Below are positions 29,101 to 39,720 of a DNA stretch of 63,520 nucleotides, in pieces (position 1 is the first letter of the stretch; the number at the start of each line of letters is the position of its first letter). A program made the position numbers and the translations under genes. The DNA is from a virus (lineage: Duplodnaviria > Caudoviricetes): positions 1 through 63,520 of the IMG/VR virus record IMGVR_UViG_3300008954_000051, one strand, 5' to 3'. A model generated the notes under the pieces. That model worked only from the letters and a program-made list of their open reading frames with translations. It had not been told where the DNA came from and searched no databases.

Positions 29101-32100
29101 TATTAGACATAGACGAAGCTTCACATTTCTTGTCTCGAATAGATCATATTGTATTAACTTCGACCGGAAGATTTCAACATATTTCGGGGGTTCCTTCTGA
29201 TTTTCCTGTGCCCCCGGAAAACGATGATGATAATCTATTGCTTTCGACCTTGAGGGTTCCAGCATACACATTTAGTTATAAAGACATTATAATTGATCCT
29301 GCGGAAAATAAACGTAAAACAATGAAAGATATTAACAAAGTTGCTCGGCGTGTTGATAGATTGGAATATTTCACTTCATTGAATTTGTTGGAAAAACAAG
29401 CTGCCGATATGAATATTATTGATTCTACTGGAGCTTATACGAGATTTAAGAGTGGAATTCTTGTTGATAATTTTACAGGCCATGGGGTAGAGTCTCAAAG
29501 TGCTGGGGATTATGGTTGTTCTATGGATAGAGCGCGAAGGGAGCTTCGCCCAGCATTCACGATGCGTGAATTTAGATTTAATTTTGATGCTATTAACAGC
29601 CAAACGACTCGGAGAACAGGTGAAATTGTAACTTTAAATTGGACTCCTGTTGAATGGCAGAAACAATTAGCGGCTACACATGCAATATCTCCAAATCCAT
29701 TTTCTTTAAAAAGTTATTTTGGTACTCTTATACTACAGCCGACTGAAGATGTTTGGTTTGAAACGAGACATAAAGACCCCGTGGTATTTAATCTTGCTGG
29801 AGATAATGATAATTTAGAATTCCTTGTTGAACACCTAAACAATAATTTACCAATTGGTACTGATTGGGATCAATGGGAAACAAATTGGCTCGGAGTTAAT
29901 GAAGCAACCAATGTTGAATTTGGTGTAGGTTCTTATGTTGGATCTTGGTCTAGGCGACATTGGAATAATGAAACTGTAACTACTACTGATACACATTTTG
30001 GTGTGATGACTAGGCAGGGGATTGAGCATAATTTTACTGTTGAAAACACCACAACATCACTAGGTAATAGGGTTGTAGATTCATCGATAATTCCACACAT
30101 GCGACAAAAAGGTGTATTTTTCAAGGCGCGGGGGTTGGAGCCAAATTCCAGTAATCGCGTATACTTCGACGGGGAGGATGTTTCGGTCAACTGCGCCCGA
30201 GCAAATGAAATATTTGTTAATCCAGTTGTAGGTGGGATCCCCTTTATTGCAGATGGCCCCTGGCCAGATAATGCAGCGGCCATTGGTGAATATAGACCAA
30301 ATGGAGGTCTTTTTCAAGAGGTGATCCAAACAAGCACTACAAGTGAAGGTGATGCCGCGGGTAGGGTTGTATCTGCGGTTGGGAACACCATTCATATTGT
30401 AACCGCAAATGGAGTATTTGTTCCTGGAGACGAACTAATCGGAGAATCGCTTGCTACTGGAGTTCCATCTCCAGCAGTTACTGTGGCCAGTTATAAACAT
30501 TATTCTGGTTTTTGTAGAGCGGCTAACAGTACGTCTATAACTCTAGAAGAGGCCGCCAACGCTGCAATAGGATTTTTGTCCAATGAGGAGGCTGATGGAA
30601 CAATAAACTTTATTGGCGCTGCTGACATAGCCGACGAAATAAAAGATAGGGCAATTTCTATTATTTCTGGAACTGGTGTCGGCCAGACGAGGAAGGTTTT
30701 AGGATATGATCCTGCTACTAGGGAAGTTGTGTTTGATCAAGAATATTCTGTCACTCCATTAGGAGCAGCAACACAAAGCGTTGTGGATCCAGCTGTAACT
30801 AGTGCATACTCTATAGGTGAGAAGTTAAATTCAGCCCTTACCAATGATAATAATGATGGTTCACCTTTTACCGCCTCGGATGCTGGAATTGCCACAGGAG
30901 TTTTTGTTATACCTGCTGATACATTTTATGCTGGAGAAAAAACATTCATGATCCGCGCAGTTGTACCTGGGGGGTCTCTTGCTAGTGAAACTATATCTAC
31001 AGCCCAAGCATCATTTTATGCTCAGGGAATTCTCCAGACCGTAGAAGAGATTTCTGTACAAACGCAAAGTATTGGAACAGCAAGCCATGTAGTTACTGAA
31101 TCACAAGACATTACTCAGGATGTAACCAGAACAGAAAATACAGGGCGTCTTGTGGTTACAGGATATTATGATCCTTTGGCGCAAACTTTCTTATGTGATG
31201 CACAGGATCATCCAGATGGAATATTTGTTTCAGATATTGATCTATTCTTTGCTTCTAAACCAACAACACAAGAAGAAATCACTTGTGAAATTAGGTTGGC
31301 TACAGACGGCACGCCAAGTGCTACTCAAATTCTCGCATCAAAAACTTTGTATCCAGGAGATGTGGTTATAACTGCTGATGCAAATCCAGATTCCCCCACC
31401 AAATTTGAGTTTTCAACACCAGTTCATTTAGAGCCTGGAAAAGAATATGCAATGGTAATAAGGACAAATGATGTTTCGGCTGATGATGGTGAAGGCGAAA
31501 ACTATACTTTGTGGATTGCCTCAGGAGAGCCGGTCACCAACGAAACGACCGGAGAAATTTTCATAAGGGAGATTGTGGGCAATGCCGAAGAAACCTACGC
31601 ACCAACTTCCACACTAGGAATGTTGTTTAAATCACAAAACACCACAACTTGGACCGAAAATCAATATGAAGATTTGATGTTCAGAATTAATAGATGTAGC
31701 TTTGAGACTGGTTCAGGTATTGCGAACTTCAAAAACAGCATAGATATTGGTCTATTAGATGCATATGGTCAGACGGCAGTTATAGATCAAAGTTTTGATT
31801 ATGATGTGCTGAATATTCAGTCTCATGATGCATTTTTCCCAGAGACTTCTGTAGAATATGATTTTTCGGGGTTAATTGAGGAGACTGGAACTACTTCGGC
31901 TACAGTATCTATTCCTGCCAATAGAAACCTATATCTAGACCAAAGGCTTCGTGTAAATTCACTTGCAGATGGTTCATTGTTAGTTGGGGCCACGTTAACG
32001 GGAATAACAGATGAAGTCTCTCCATTCATTAGAATTCCTGGACTTCATGCAATTACTGTACAAAATTTTGTTAATAATGCTGAACTAAGCAATAGTCATT

Positions 32101-32801
32101 TTAGAATAGTTGAAGGTGGAACAACTTATTCCAACACCGACATAATGGAAATACAATCTAACCGTACTGGTACTCCTACGATAGATGCCTTTCATGTAAA
32201 CACGAATCCTGCTGGTAATGTTGTTGCAATTTGGGCAAACACAGAAGCTGGATTCTTGAATGCCAATCCTTATCCTGGTGGATATGGATTTTTTGATAAT
32301 CCTAATACAGATATTATCACAACCTCCACAGGATCTGGAGCTGTCGTTGTGTATGATGGAGAAACTGGAATTTCGGGTGGAAATGTAATTGCAAGATATA
32401 GCACCAGAGAAGTTACTCTCAATCCAGAGTTTTCTGCAAAGGATCTGCAAGTTTTCTTAACAGCACATAGACCTAGTGGAACTAATGTTCAGGTGTATTA
32501 TAAGATAACTAATTCTAATGATCCAGAGAGATTCTTAGATAAAAATTGGGTGTTGATGGATCTAGAAACGTCAGAGGCCTCTGCTACTTCCTCGTCAGGT
32601 GAAACGGCAGACTATTGGAAAGAGTTGAAATTTATTCCTTTTGGCCATGCAAACGATTTGGAATTTCCTATGAAATATGATTCGGCGGAGGGTCACACTC
32701 ATACCACGTTCAATTCCTTTGCCATTAAAATTTGTTTATCTGCAACCAAACACACTCAAGTACCTTTAGTTAGGGCTCTAAGGGCAATTGCATTGGATTA
32801 A
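26178..32801 (+). CDS. DUF4815/VrlC-like large virion structural protein
   Basis: PYNDDF..SKNYHKILFRPGYAVQARELTQLQS, PGAHRLK, LAERTHDESGNY, LEYFTSLNLLE, RFKSGILVDNF, DPLAQTF, LRAIAL C-terminus. Confidence 0.9.
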   Translation: MPKITSQTPYNDDFNESKNYHKILFRPGYAVQARELTQLQSILESQLSHHGRSQFHNGDAVLGGQTAFLRDVEHIKVYDHIGAGNDNTSAKLDLSDLFNTTTGRGVVISKGEHTKGQRDSRRKPRATVMAVVENNGSDPATLIVQYANSWRFMAGDAIVVSNIPLETSDPDHIVVARVRDENYGGDPTPTGPASLFTVEPGIYFIDSTFIRTPRQSIVLGKYTDRPTYAIGFIKSDEIVTDADDSTLLDNASESYNVNSPGAHRLKTSIKLAVHPLSDGITLPSAGAVGFHTIFKIANGVPIIEDITTQNSEFLNLLAERTHDESGNYSTVPFRVDVLEGATSSIIASSAELQSVVTGLAQNDDDITQTTAPEGGTQYGPKGKGKKRGGRRGGAGFRRLQQAFNAFSVTQPTEADKSNFSVKINPGTAYVKGYKTRLNEPLILTAPKARTTKTGVANNNLGFGLYFKIKDPSEPGLWNVSNLEVVNFHLGNVASLTSQQVKDSTRIGQARVTDMQVKTFPEGEAETVYYHLHMLDMRTTPIQNTAGESDSTSIICSNLTPTDTNQYVGGYIKMIGGPANNEVRRIVGSTTGGVINVIPAFSTTPTGTGAGFGNNFQITFDSSFVGCIANTVVDSAMADVANVGKVGTVSTGETILYGRNQTKNYVPIGPEVISSIDGVSYDIVYRDSQTPAGAVVNFPRRNVNETISTNDNDHIFTGGPGASGILSPVSVDSDGSGGIDVTFGVSPGTDVIGILRAKTNTLARQLFSNIQGPRSNTDVVSGAAGAVSLNDTLQTARGIGLVVIDTPNLITSGLDNLGIPNVYNIHKIIDTGDIGTPPAWNGDVWDATRSRHSDVTSNYVLDSGQRDSHFDYSSIRLKPNVTPPGGQLLVLCDFLEPPLGGTVPQSGFFDVESYVGAIAYDDIPVYEDSSGIRSRLQNVMDFRPVRKANNVVGSPVDISINQPFHNTKRFPKVDGVLDIDEASHFLSRIDHIVLTSTGRFQHISGVPSDFPVPPENDDDNLLLSTLRVPAYTFSYKDIIIDPAENKRKTMKDINKVARRVDRLEYFTSLNLLEKQAADMNIIDSTGAYTRFKSGILVDNFTGHGVESQSAGDYGCSMDRARRELRPAFTMREFRFNFDAINSQTTRRTGEIVTLNWTPVEWQKQLAATHAISPNPFSLKSYFGTLILQPTEDVWFETRHKDPVVFNLAGDNDNLEFLVEHLNNNLPIGTDWDQWETNWLGVNEATNVEFGVGSYVGSWSRRHWNNETVTTTDTHFGVMTRQGIEHNFTVENTTTSLGNRVVDSSIIPHMRQKGVFFKARGLEPNSSNRVYFDGEDVSVNCARANEIFVNPVVGGIPFIADGPWPDNAAAIGEYRPNGGLFQEVIQTSTTSEGDAAGRVVSAVGNTIHIVTANGVFVPGDELIGESLATGVPSPAVTVASYKHYSGFCRAANSTSITLEEAANAAIGFLSNEEADGTINFIGAADIADEIKDRAISIISGTGVGQTRKVLGYDPATREVVFDQEYSVTPLGAATQSVVDPAVTSAYSIGEKLNSALTNDNNDGSPFTASDAGIATGVFVIPADTFYAGEKTFMIRAVVPGGSLASETISTAQASFYAQGILQTVEEISVQTQSIGTASHVVTESQDITQDVTRTENTGRLVVTGYYDPLAQTFLCDAQDHPDGIFVSDIDLFFASKPTTQEEITCEIRLATDGTPSATQILASKTLYPGDVVITADANPDSPTKFEFSTPVHLEPGKEYAMVIRTNDVSADDGEGENYTLWIASGEPVTNETTGEIFIREIVGNAEETYAPTSTLGMLFKSQNTTTWTENQYEDLMFRINRCSFETGSGIANFKNSIDIGLLDAYGQTAVIDQSFDYDVLNIQSHDAFFPETSVEYDFSGLIEETGTTSATVSIPANRNLYLDQRLRVNSLADGSLLVGATLTGITDEVSPFIRIPGLHAITVQNFVNNAELSNSHFRIVEGGTTYSNTDIMEIQSNRTGTPTIDAFHVNTNPAGNVVAIWANTEAGFLNANPYPGGYGFFDNPNTDIITTSTGSGAVVVYDGETGISGGNVIARYSTREVTLNPEFSAKDLQVFLTAHRPSGTNVQVYYKITNSNDPERFLDKNWVLMDLETSEASATSSSGETADYWKELKFIPFGHANDLEFPMKYDSAEGHTHTTFNSFAIKICLSATKHTQVPLVRALRAIALD

Positions 32802-32805
32802 AATA

Positions 32806-33069
32806 GTGGATGAGAATATTCCTCACATATTAAACAAAACTAAAGTGACCACAGAAAAAGATGGGCTTGTTCGTGAGATTTCATCAAAAGGTTTGTTGGC
32901 CTCTGATCGAAATGCCTTAGAGCAACATAGAATGTATGTTAATAGGGTAAAGGAACAACAAAAGTCATCAATTGAGATAAATATAATGAAAGACCAAATT
33001 GCTGGTGTTGAGCGAGACATAAAAGAAATTAAAGACTTGTTAATATCACAACTTAAAAGAGAAGAGTAA
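32806..33069 (+). CDS. Small coiled-coil protein of the type found after VrlC-like genes
   Basis: LVRE.SSKGLL..D and C-terminal DIKEIKDLL; GTG 32806 avoids the overlap of the 32788 start. Confidence 0.65.
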   Translation: MDENIPHILNKTKVTTEKDGLVREISSKGLLASDRNALEQHRMYVNRVKEQQKSSIEINIMKDQIAGVERDIKEIKDLLISQLKREE

Positions 33070-33075
33070 CGATTA

Positions 33076-36000
33076 ATGCCTACTAACACAAAACAAGTTG
33101 CAAATGTTTTTTCTTCTGACACACTTAATACTTGGCGAGAAAAAACAAATGAATTGATCAAAATAGTAAATGCTATTCCTGGTGTTCCTATTGGATCTTT
33201 GAATCGCCGGGGTGGTGTAATTGATGGTCAATCAGATTCTATTGCTAGTACCATCGGTCCGGAAGGAACGCTTTTAGTTATTGCAGGTCCTTCATCTACA
33301 TTTGCACCTTCTGTGGGTGTTGGTGATTATGCAGCACATTCTTCATGGCCAGCAGGACCTAAATCATATACACTAAGCGTAAATCGTATTGCTTCAGGCG
33401 CTTGGGCCAATGTAGAATTAACCGCAGATAAAACCGGCATTAATGCTAATGGCATATCAATAACCAATGGGCTTCTTACTATTGATGTACACGCCTCAGA
33501 CTTAATCGGCGCCAATTCAAACGATGCTGTAATTACAATAGGGGCCGGCGATGGTGCGGCATCTAGAGGAACACTTGGTGATCCCAATATAATTAATTTG
33601 TGGGACAGTCAGACTGGTCTGCCTTCTATAAATGCTTATGGTTTTGGTGTTAATGATCAGACTTTAGGATATACTTCTTTTGAACAGCACGCCTTTTTCA
33701 CAAAACGTTCTAGGCAAAATACTGATAATCCAGACATCCAGCGCCTTTTCACAATAAATGCAACTGGTATTTTTACACAATCTAATACATTTGTATTGAC
33801 TGCCCAGACGCCTGCTACAGGCGATCTTTATGTGCAAGGCAATGCTCATTTTGGAACAAGTTATAATGGTGTTGTAATCTCCAATAACATGGTTCAAATC
33901 GACACCCTTGCCGATGCCAATCCTGCCATTGATTTAACTCCTTCCACCGGGCACACGAATACTACTCGCGATACAGACAAAATTAGAATATGGTCGTCTG
34001 GATCAGATACAATGGGATTTGGTATAAGTGCAGATTCTCTAGATTATGTTGCGACTGCCAATCATGTATTTCATTCGGGGTCGACAGGATCTTTAGGTGA
34101 AAATGCAGTAATTAATTCATTGGGAATATATGCGACTACTGATATAACCGCAGGTAGTGATGTTATTGCAACTGGAAATGTTGTTGCAACGAATGTTTAT
34201 GTTGGTGCGTCTGAAGGTGTTGTAATTTCAGATCAATTGATTGAAATTAATACTGCCTCAGGCGAACCTGGGCTTGCTTTTAGTACACAATTTGATGCTA
34301 CTCTTAATACTGACAAAATACGATTATGGACAGATGGTTCCCGTGAATATGGCTTTGGTATGCGAACCAACATTTTGGATTATATGGGCAACAACCATGT
34401 CTTTAGTGATGCTAATCCAAGTGCGGGTCCAGAGTGGGCGCGAATTAACTCTACAGGTATTTTCTCAGAGACAAAGGTTACTGCGGCGACTGGACTTGTT
34501 ATTGGTTTGAACGAGCTTAGTTCTACCGAGCTTTCTATCAACTCGGGCCAATCTGTACTTGGCACTCAGGTTGATAGTGACGGATCTTCAACATCACGCA
34601 GTAAGTTGGCCCTTCAAGGTGGAGCAAATGTTGCGGCTATCGTTGTTGATTCCCCCACAACTTCTGCTGCAATTAATCCGAACATTTTAGAAATTCTTTC
34701 AGGTGGTGCTAGTGCAAATACACATGGCATAGGGAGAGTGGGCGGTGTTCAAACATATCATGCTGCCAATGCACATAATTTTTATATAGATGTGCCATCG
34801 GAGGAAAGTACACGAAGAGAAGTTCTTTCGATAACACATGATGCGATTACTGGTAATATTTTTACGCAGTTTACATCTAATGCATCCTTTTCGGGAGACA
34901 TAACTTTTTCGGGCGAGGTAACCACAACTGGTGAATCAATATTAGACCTCGTTACTGCCACCGATCCCAATGGGCCCAGCACATTTGCTCATCCTATTCA
35001 TGTAATGGGCACCCATATAAATTCTACTTCATATCTTACGCCCGGCGGGCTCACCCCATCACTCACATTTACCGGACCTACTTATATTAATGATCCGACC
35101 ATTGATCGTATTGATCTCTTCAATTCGGCCGCAGGAACGATTGGGTTTGGTATTTGGAAACCGACAAACGTGGCCGCTGGCGAGGGGATGATGTTACGCA
35201 GCAAGGCGCAGGGTCCTTTTGGATTCTATCATGGCACTATCCTTACTGCAAATATTGTGCCCGATGGAATTGAGACTGGTGGATATGTTAATGCCGCTGG
35301 AGGTTTTGATACTAGTGGAAACATTTATAATAATGAACAACCTTGGTTTTACGGTTCATCGAATACTGTATTATTAGATAACCCCGGACATATAAGCCTA
35401 GTTGGTGGCTGGACTGGCGCGGCCTCGCTTCCTGGTCCTCTAGGGTGGCACAGCGGCCGAATATATATAGAAACACTTGGCGCCGGCGGAACAGGATTGA
35501 ATATAAATTCAATATCTTCTGGCAGCGCCCACGTCGCCGTGGGGGCTAATTCAGAGGGCACCGGAGCTATTACGTTAACTCATGGTGGCATAACTATGAA
35601 GAAGGGTTTGATCATTGACGGTTCTGAAAGAATCACCCAAGCAGGCAAGTTTAATGCAACAGCATTTGAGCTTACTGGAAGCGATCTTGAACTTGGAACC
35701 GGAACCAGTCTAAATCTTTTCAGTACAACGAGTAATTTATATGTTGGAGGGAATGCACAATTTGGATCTGCTGCATCCAATGGTGTCGCTGTTCTTGCAG
35801 GAGTTCCTCGTTCTGCTGATATTATTAATGCCATCGACTTAAATCATGGTGCTACGACTAATAATGAATATGGAATGGGGCTTGATCTTGGTACTGGTAG
35901 TGTATCTTATCACACCATGAATACTCACTCTTTTTATATTGATTTTGTAGGAAAAGAAGAAAAAATGACAGTCAACTCTACTGGACTTTTTGTTCATGGA

Positions 36001-39000
36001 GTTGGTGGCAATCAAGCAAATATATATGCTGATCATATACATGGAACTAGTACGACTACTGGAACATCTACTGCAACAAATTTGGATCTTACTGGAGACA
36101 TAGACACAGAAGGAAGTGTGTTTGTAGGAAGTTCTGTTGCTGGGGCGAAGGATGGCCCTATAAGTATGCAAAAAGTTACCAGTGGCGCCGCCACCTGGGG
36201 CCGCATCGCAGCAGACGAGGTTCTTGCGTCAGGTCCAGGGAAAGGTTTTACGCACACATTTACCTCGGGAGATAATGGGGCATATTATTCAGATTTAGAG
36301 GATGCTTTCAACGACAGCGGGCCCTGTGCTTTCCTTCATAGCGGAGTTAATAATGGATATTTTGCCTCCTCGGGGGTGGGCCCGCTGGTGAACCGTACAT
36401 TAGTTTCATCATCTACTCATGATACTGCTATACTGCTGGCCCTGGGTGGAATAGGAATTAAAAAATCGTTAGAGGTTGATGGGGCCCCAATAATAGTGCC
36501 CCAATCCACAGGCAAGTCGAATGCTATAAACATTCAAACTATTGCTGCAACTCAATATGATATGTACAACGATAATGGTACTAGTACATTTCCCTTATTT
36601 ACAAAGGTCGCCGGCACAAGTACTGTTGATTTCAATGGTGCTGTCCGGAATATTCTGACGGCCGGCACCATTGAGGCTATGGGCGGCAGTAGTGAGATCC
36701 TCGCCCGGCAAAAAATATCAGCCACCGGCGATACTGCCAGCACGGGTATAGTTCAGGCTAAGCGACAATTTCAGGCTAATAATATACTAACCATATCCGC
36801 ACAAGACACGGGCAAGGCGAATCTTGTAAATATTGAAAGTGTTGATGCACAGAGATATTATAGAAACGGCCAAGAAGTTATTGATAGTAATTTAGAGGCC
36901 ACCTTCATGGGCATTAATGTATTTGATAATGGCGCCGGCGGTACCCAAGGCACAATTGCATTGCAAAATAACCTTTATTTGGGGCGCGCCTCCGATGTGG
37001 GGCACATCGGCGTGACCCAGGGCCTTTTTATAAATGATTCATTGGTACTTAATTCGCAGCGCAATTTAACTAATATTGTTGGGATCACCCTCGCTGGAAA
37101 TCTAATTTCTTCAGGCGGACCAATCCTATCAACATGGGGAACAACTGCTACCACCAATGCGATAAAAACAAATAGTGGTCGAATTGTTTCCAACTCAACA
37201 GCTGACAGCGCATTTTATGCTCCTATGGGCGGTATTACTGCAAACAGCTATACTACTGTAGGTGGGTTTGAGGTTATTAATTCAGACGGAGAAATTAATG
37301 TTCCTGTACTAAAGAGTGGGCCGGGAACATCTTTGCTGCAAGCTACCTCGGGTGCTATTGTGTCAACTGATGATGGTCCTATTGTGTCAGATGGCGCGAT
37401 GATTGCAAATAACACGGGAACAGGAACTGCACTTACAGTTACTACAGGAACAATTGATGTAGCAGATTCCACTTCTGCTGATGCTATTAAAGCTACATCT
37501 GGTGGCATAAGTGCAAATACTGGATTTAGCTCTAACGGCGCTCTTATAATAGATTCTCAACCTTCAGGCAATGTCAATATTGGATTTGTTGATAATCTTG
37601 ATACGGCAAACCTCACAACAACTAGTAATGTGAGCATGATAACTACTGGCAACCATGAAGTTGCTATTGAAGGCTCTGAAATTACTAATACATTTGATGG
37701 CACCGGCCGTCTTATTATAAATGCACACAGTACCTCTGGGGGGGTAGAAACTGTACATTTTACGGACACTGGCCCGGCGCAGGTTGCTGCAATCAAGGTG
37801 TCTAAAGATAATCTTGCTGCCGCATTTGCAGATTCTCCAGCCACTCTACAGAGTAGGGTGTCGTTTCAATCAGGAACTAATAACCAAGGGCCCGAATCAT
37901 TTAAATCCCACGCTGGGGGCATGAGTGCGAAGCTCGGTTTTACTGCTAACGGTGTTCTTGTAATAGCTCCTCAGAATAACGGAAGATCGGATCTTCAGAA
38001 TATTGGGGCAATAGGTGCAAATTCCCTAACAATCTCTGGGGCAACTATTATCACCACAGGTCAGCCAGCAGTAAGTGCAGATATTGACAATATTAGAAAT
38101 TTCAAAAGTATTGGAACAACTTCTACCTCGATTGATACTGATGGTGGTATTTCTAGCAAAACTGGATATTGGTCTAATACTGAGCAGATTATAGTGCCCA
38201 CAGCCTCTGGCTCAAACATTAATAATATTAACGACATTTCAGCAAAAACAATTAATATTAATGGATCATCGTTTGTAGATTCTTCTAGAAATATTAGTGC
38301 TTCTTCAATTTCCGGTTCTTTGATAGCGAGTGCTAGTCATATTGATGCATCTGGAGGAAATATACAAACAAGTGGTGTGACAAGAATATCTTCTACTGGA
38401 GCTTTTACTGGCACCGGTCTTGATGTTGGGGCAACTAATATAGATAGTGACGGAGCCGTTAGTGTCGGGGACATACCCGGTGGACTCGGCACTTCTCCTA
38501 TAAGTGTTACAGGCTCCTCTCCGCATAATTCTGCTATTGAAGTATCTCATTCATTTGTGTCCGCCGCATTCTCGGACGCCCCGCCGTCCCCGGGAACCCG
38601 GGCTTCCTTCGCATCGGCCAGCAACGCCACGGGTCCTAACACATTCAGATCTTGGGGTGGTGGCATGAGCGCAAAGACTGGCTTTAGTGCAAACAGCATT
38701 CTAACTATAAATCCGACTATAACAGGAAGATCAAACCTAGAAAAAATTGAGCGAATAAATGCTGTTTCGATTGCAATGGAAGGTGCTTCCACCTCAAATG
38801 TGATTGCTACGTTTACTGAGGGTTTTGGGACCTCAATGGGTAACATCAAACAAATTGGTGGTATGCAAAACGCAGATAATAGCTATCAAGATATGTTGGT
38901 TAAGGGTAAGATTAAAAATTATGGAACACAAACTTTATGGTTGCCTGTGGGAAGTTTTTTCGATATGGCTGGAACAGATCCATCAACGCTATCGACAACA

Positions 39001-39720
39001 GGAGGATCGCAAGCCTCAGGCACTACGGCTCCTCACTATGGATCTCCATATAGCTCTAGAACATTTACCGCACCACAGGCCACAGTTTTCACTCCTGCAA
39101 ATTTTAAGAGTGTTTTTACTGATATTGTATTTCCAACCTCTTGGGCCGGACCAGGAAGTAATGTTTCTGTTATAGGAACATATAGTCTTGACGGAGTTCC
39201 AGACTTTTCTGTTAACACCACACAGCAAGCAGAATTAATGTATACTTTACATTGTGTTAAGAACATGGAACCAACTGGGGTAATTAATGGAACTGCAAAT
39301 TCTCAAACTGTTGCTGAAGGGGTGTGTGTTCAGAGATTGTCAAGCGTTTCTTCATATGGATCCATTAACACACAATATACTGGTCATGATAATCATGCAT
39401 CGGCTAATTGCCATGTTAAGGTTCCCACAAGAGTTGCTAGCAATACTGCAATACCTCTTATCAGCAGCTATCCAGCAGCGGAACAAGATCCTTCTCAATA
39501 TAGGTGGATATTAAGGATTCACAGAAGAGATATTATAGATTCTATAGGTAATGGTTCATCTCCAGCAAAAGCCGGTACTGGACTTGAGGCGTCTGGATTT
39601 ACCAGTTCCGTTGCAGCCACACAAATTAATGCTGGAATCAAATTGATGGGGGTTTCTGTACAATATGAAACTACTCACCTTACTGATACTCCATTGGGCG
39701 ATTATAAGGGATTATCATAA
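33076..39720 (+). CDS. 2214-aa tail fibre / receptor-binding protein
   Basis: N-terminal SDTLNTWREKTNELI fibre-attachment motif; Gly/Ser/Thr-rich beta repeats and internal duplications. Confidence 0.8.
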   Translation: MPTNTKQVANVFSSDTLNTWREKTNELIKIVNAIPGVPIGSLNRRGGVIDGQSDSIASTIGPEGTLLVIAGPSSTFAPSVGVGDYAAHSSWPAGPKSYTLSVNRIASGAWANVELTADKTGINANGISITNGLLTIDVHASDLIGANSNDAVITIGAGDGAASRGTLGDPNIINLWDSQTGLPSINAYGFGVNDQTLGYTSFEQHAFFTKRSRQNTDNPDIQRLFTINATGIFTQSNTFVLTAQTPATGDLYVQGNAHFGTSYNGVVISNNMVQIDTLADANPAIDLTPSTGHTNTTRDTDKIRIWSSGSDTMGFGISADSLDYVATANHVFHSGSTGSLGENAVINSLGIYATTDITAGSDVIATGNVVATNVYVGASEGVVISDQLIEINTASGEPGLAFSTQFDATLNTDKIRLWTDGSREYGFGMRTNILDYMGNNHVFSDANPSAGPEWARINSTGIFSETKVTAATGLVIGLNELSSTELSINSGQSVLGTQVDSDGSSTSRSKLALQGGANVAAIVVDSPTTSAAINPNILEILSGGASANTHGIGRVGGVQTYHAANAHNFYIDVPSEESTRREVLSITHDAITGNIFTQFTSNASFSGDITFSGEVTTTGESILDLVTATDPNGPSTFAHPIHVMGTHINSTSYLTPGGLTPSLTFTGPTYINDPTIDRIDLFNSAAGTIGFGIWKPTNVAAGEGMMLRSKAQGPFGFYHGTILTANIVPDGIETGGYVNAAGGFDTSGNIYNNEQPWFYGSSNTVLLDNPGHISLVGGWTGAASLPGPLGWHSGRIYIETLGAGGTGLNINSISSGSAHVAVGANSEGTGAITLTHGGITMKKGLIIDGSERITQAGKFNATAFELTGSDLELGTGTSLNLFSTTSNLYVGGNAQFGSAASNGVAVLAGVPRSADIINAIDLNHGATTNNEYGMGLDLGTGSVSYHTMNTHSFYIDFVGKEEKMTVNSTGLFVHGVGGNQANIYADHIHGTSTTTGTSTATNLDLTGDIDTEGSVFVGSSVAGAKDGPISMQKVTSGAATWGRIAADEVLASGPGKGFTHTFTSGDNGAYYSDLEDAFNDSGPCAFLHSGVNNGYFASSGVGPLVNRTLVSSSTHDTAILLALGGIGIKKSLEVDGAPIIVPQSTGKSNAINIQTIAATQYDMYNDNGTSTFPLFTKVAGTSTVDFNGAVRNILTAGTIEAMGGSSEILARQKISATGDTASTGIVQAKRQFQANNILTISAQDTGKANLVNIESVDAQRYYRNGQEVIDSNLEATFMGINVFDNGAGGTQGTIALQNNLYLGRASDVGHIGVTQGLFINDSLVLNSQRNLTNIVGITLAGNLISSGGPILSTWGTTATTNAIKTNSGRIVSNSTADSAFYAPMGGITANSYTTVGGFEVINSDGEINVPVLKSGPGTSLLQATSGAIVSTDDGPIVSDGAMIANNTGTGTALTVTTGTIDVADSTSADAIKATSGGISANTGFSSNGALIIDSQPSGNVNIGFVDNLDTANLTTTSNVSMITTGNHEVAIEGSEITNTFDGTGRLIINAHSTSGGVETVHFTDTGPAQVAAIKVSKDNLAAAFADSPATLQSRVSFQSGTNNQGPESFKSHAGGMSAKLGFTANGVLVIAPQNNGRSDLQNIGAIGANSLTISGATIITTGQPAVSADIDNIRNFKSIGTTSTSIDTDGGISSKTGYWSNTEQIIVPTASGSNINNINDISAKTININGSSFVDSSRNISASSISGSLIASASHIDASGGNIQTSGVTRISSTGAFTGTGLDVGATNIDSDGAVSVGDIPGGLGTSPISVTGSSPHNSAIEVSHSFVSAAFSDAPPSPGTRASFASASNATGPNTFRSWGGGMSAKTGFSANSILTINPTITGRSNLEKIERINAVSIAMEGASTSNVIATFTEGFGTSMGNIKQIGGMQNADNSYQDMLVKGKIKNYGTQTLWLPVGSFFDMAGTDPSTLSTTGGSQASGTTAPHYGSPYSSRTFTAPQATVFTPANFKSVFTDIVFPTSWAGPGSNVSVIGTYSLDGVPDFSVNTTQQAELMYTLHCVKNMEPTGVINGTANSQTVAEGVCVQRLSSVSSYGSINTQYTGHDNHASANCHVKVPTRVASNTAIPLISSYPAAEQDPSQYRWILRIHRRDIIDSIGNGSSPAKAGTGLEASGFTSSVAATQINAGIKLMGVSVQYETTHLTDTPLGDYKGLS

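Noticed and set aside
33076-39720. Diversity-generating retroelement or invertible fibre cassette
   Set aside because: No reverse transcriptase or invertase, and no near-identical repeat pair differing only at adenines was seen; the fibre repeats are old and protein-level.
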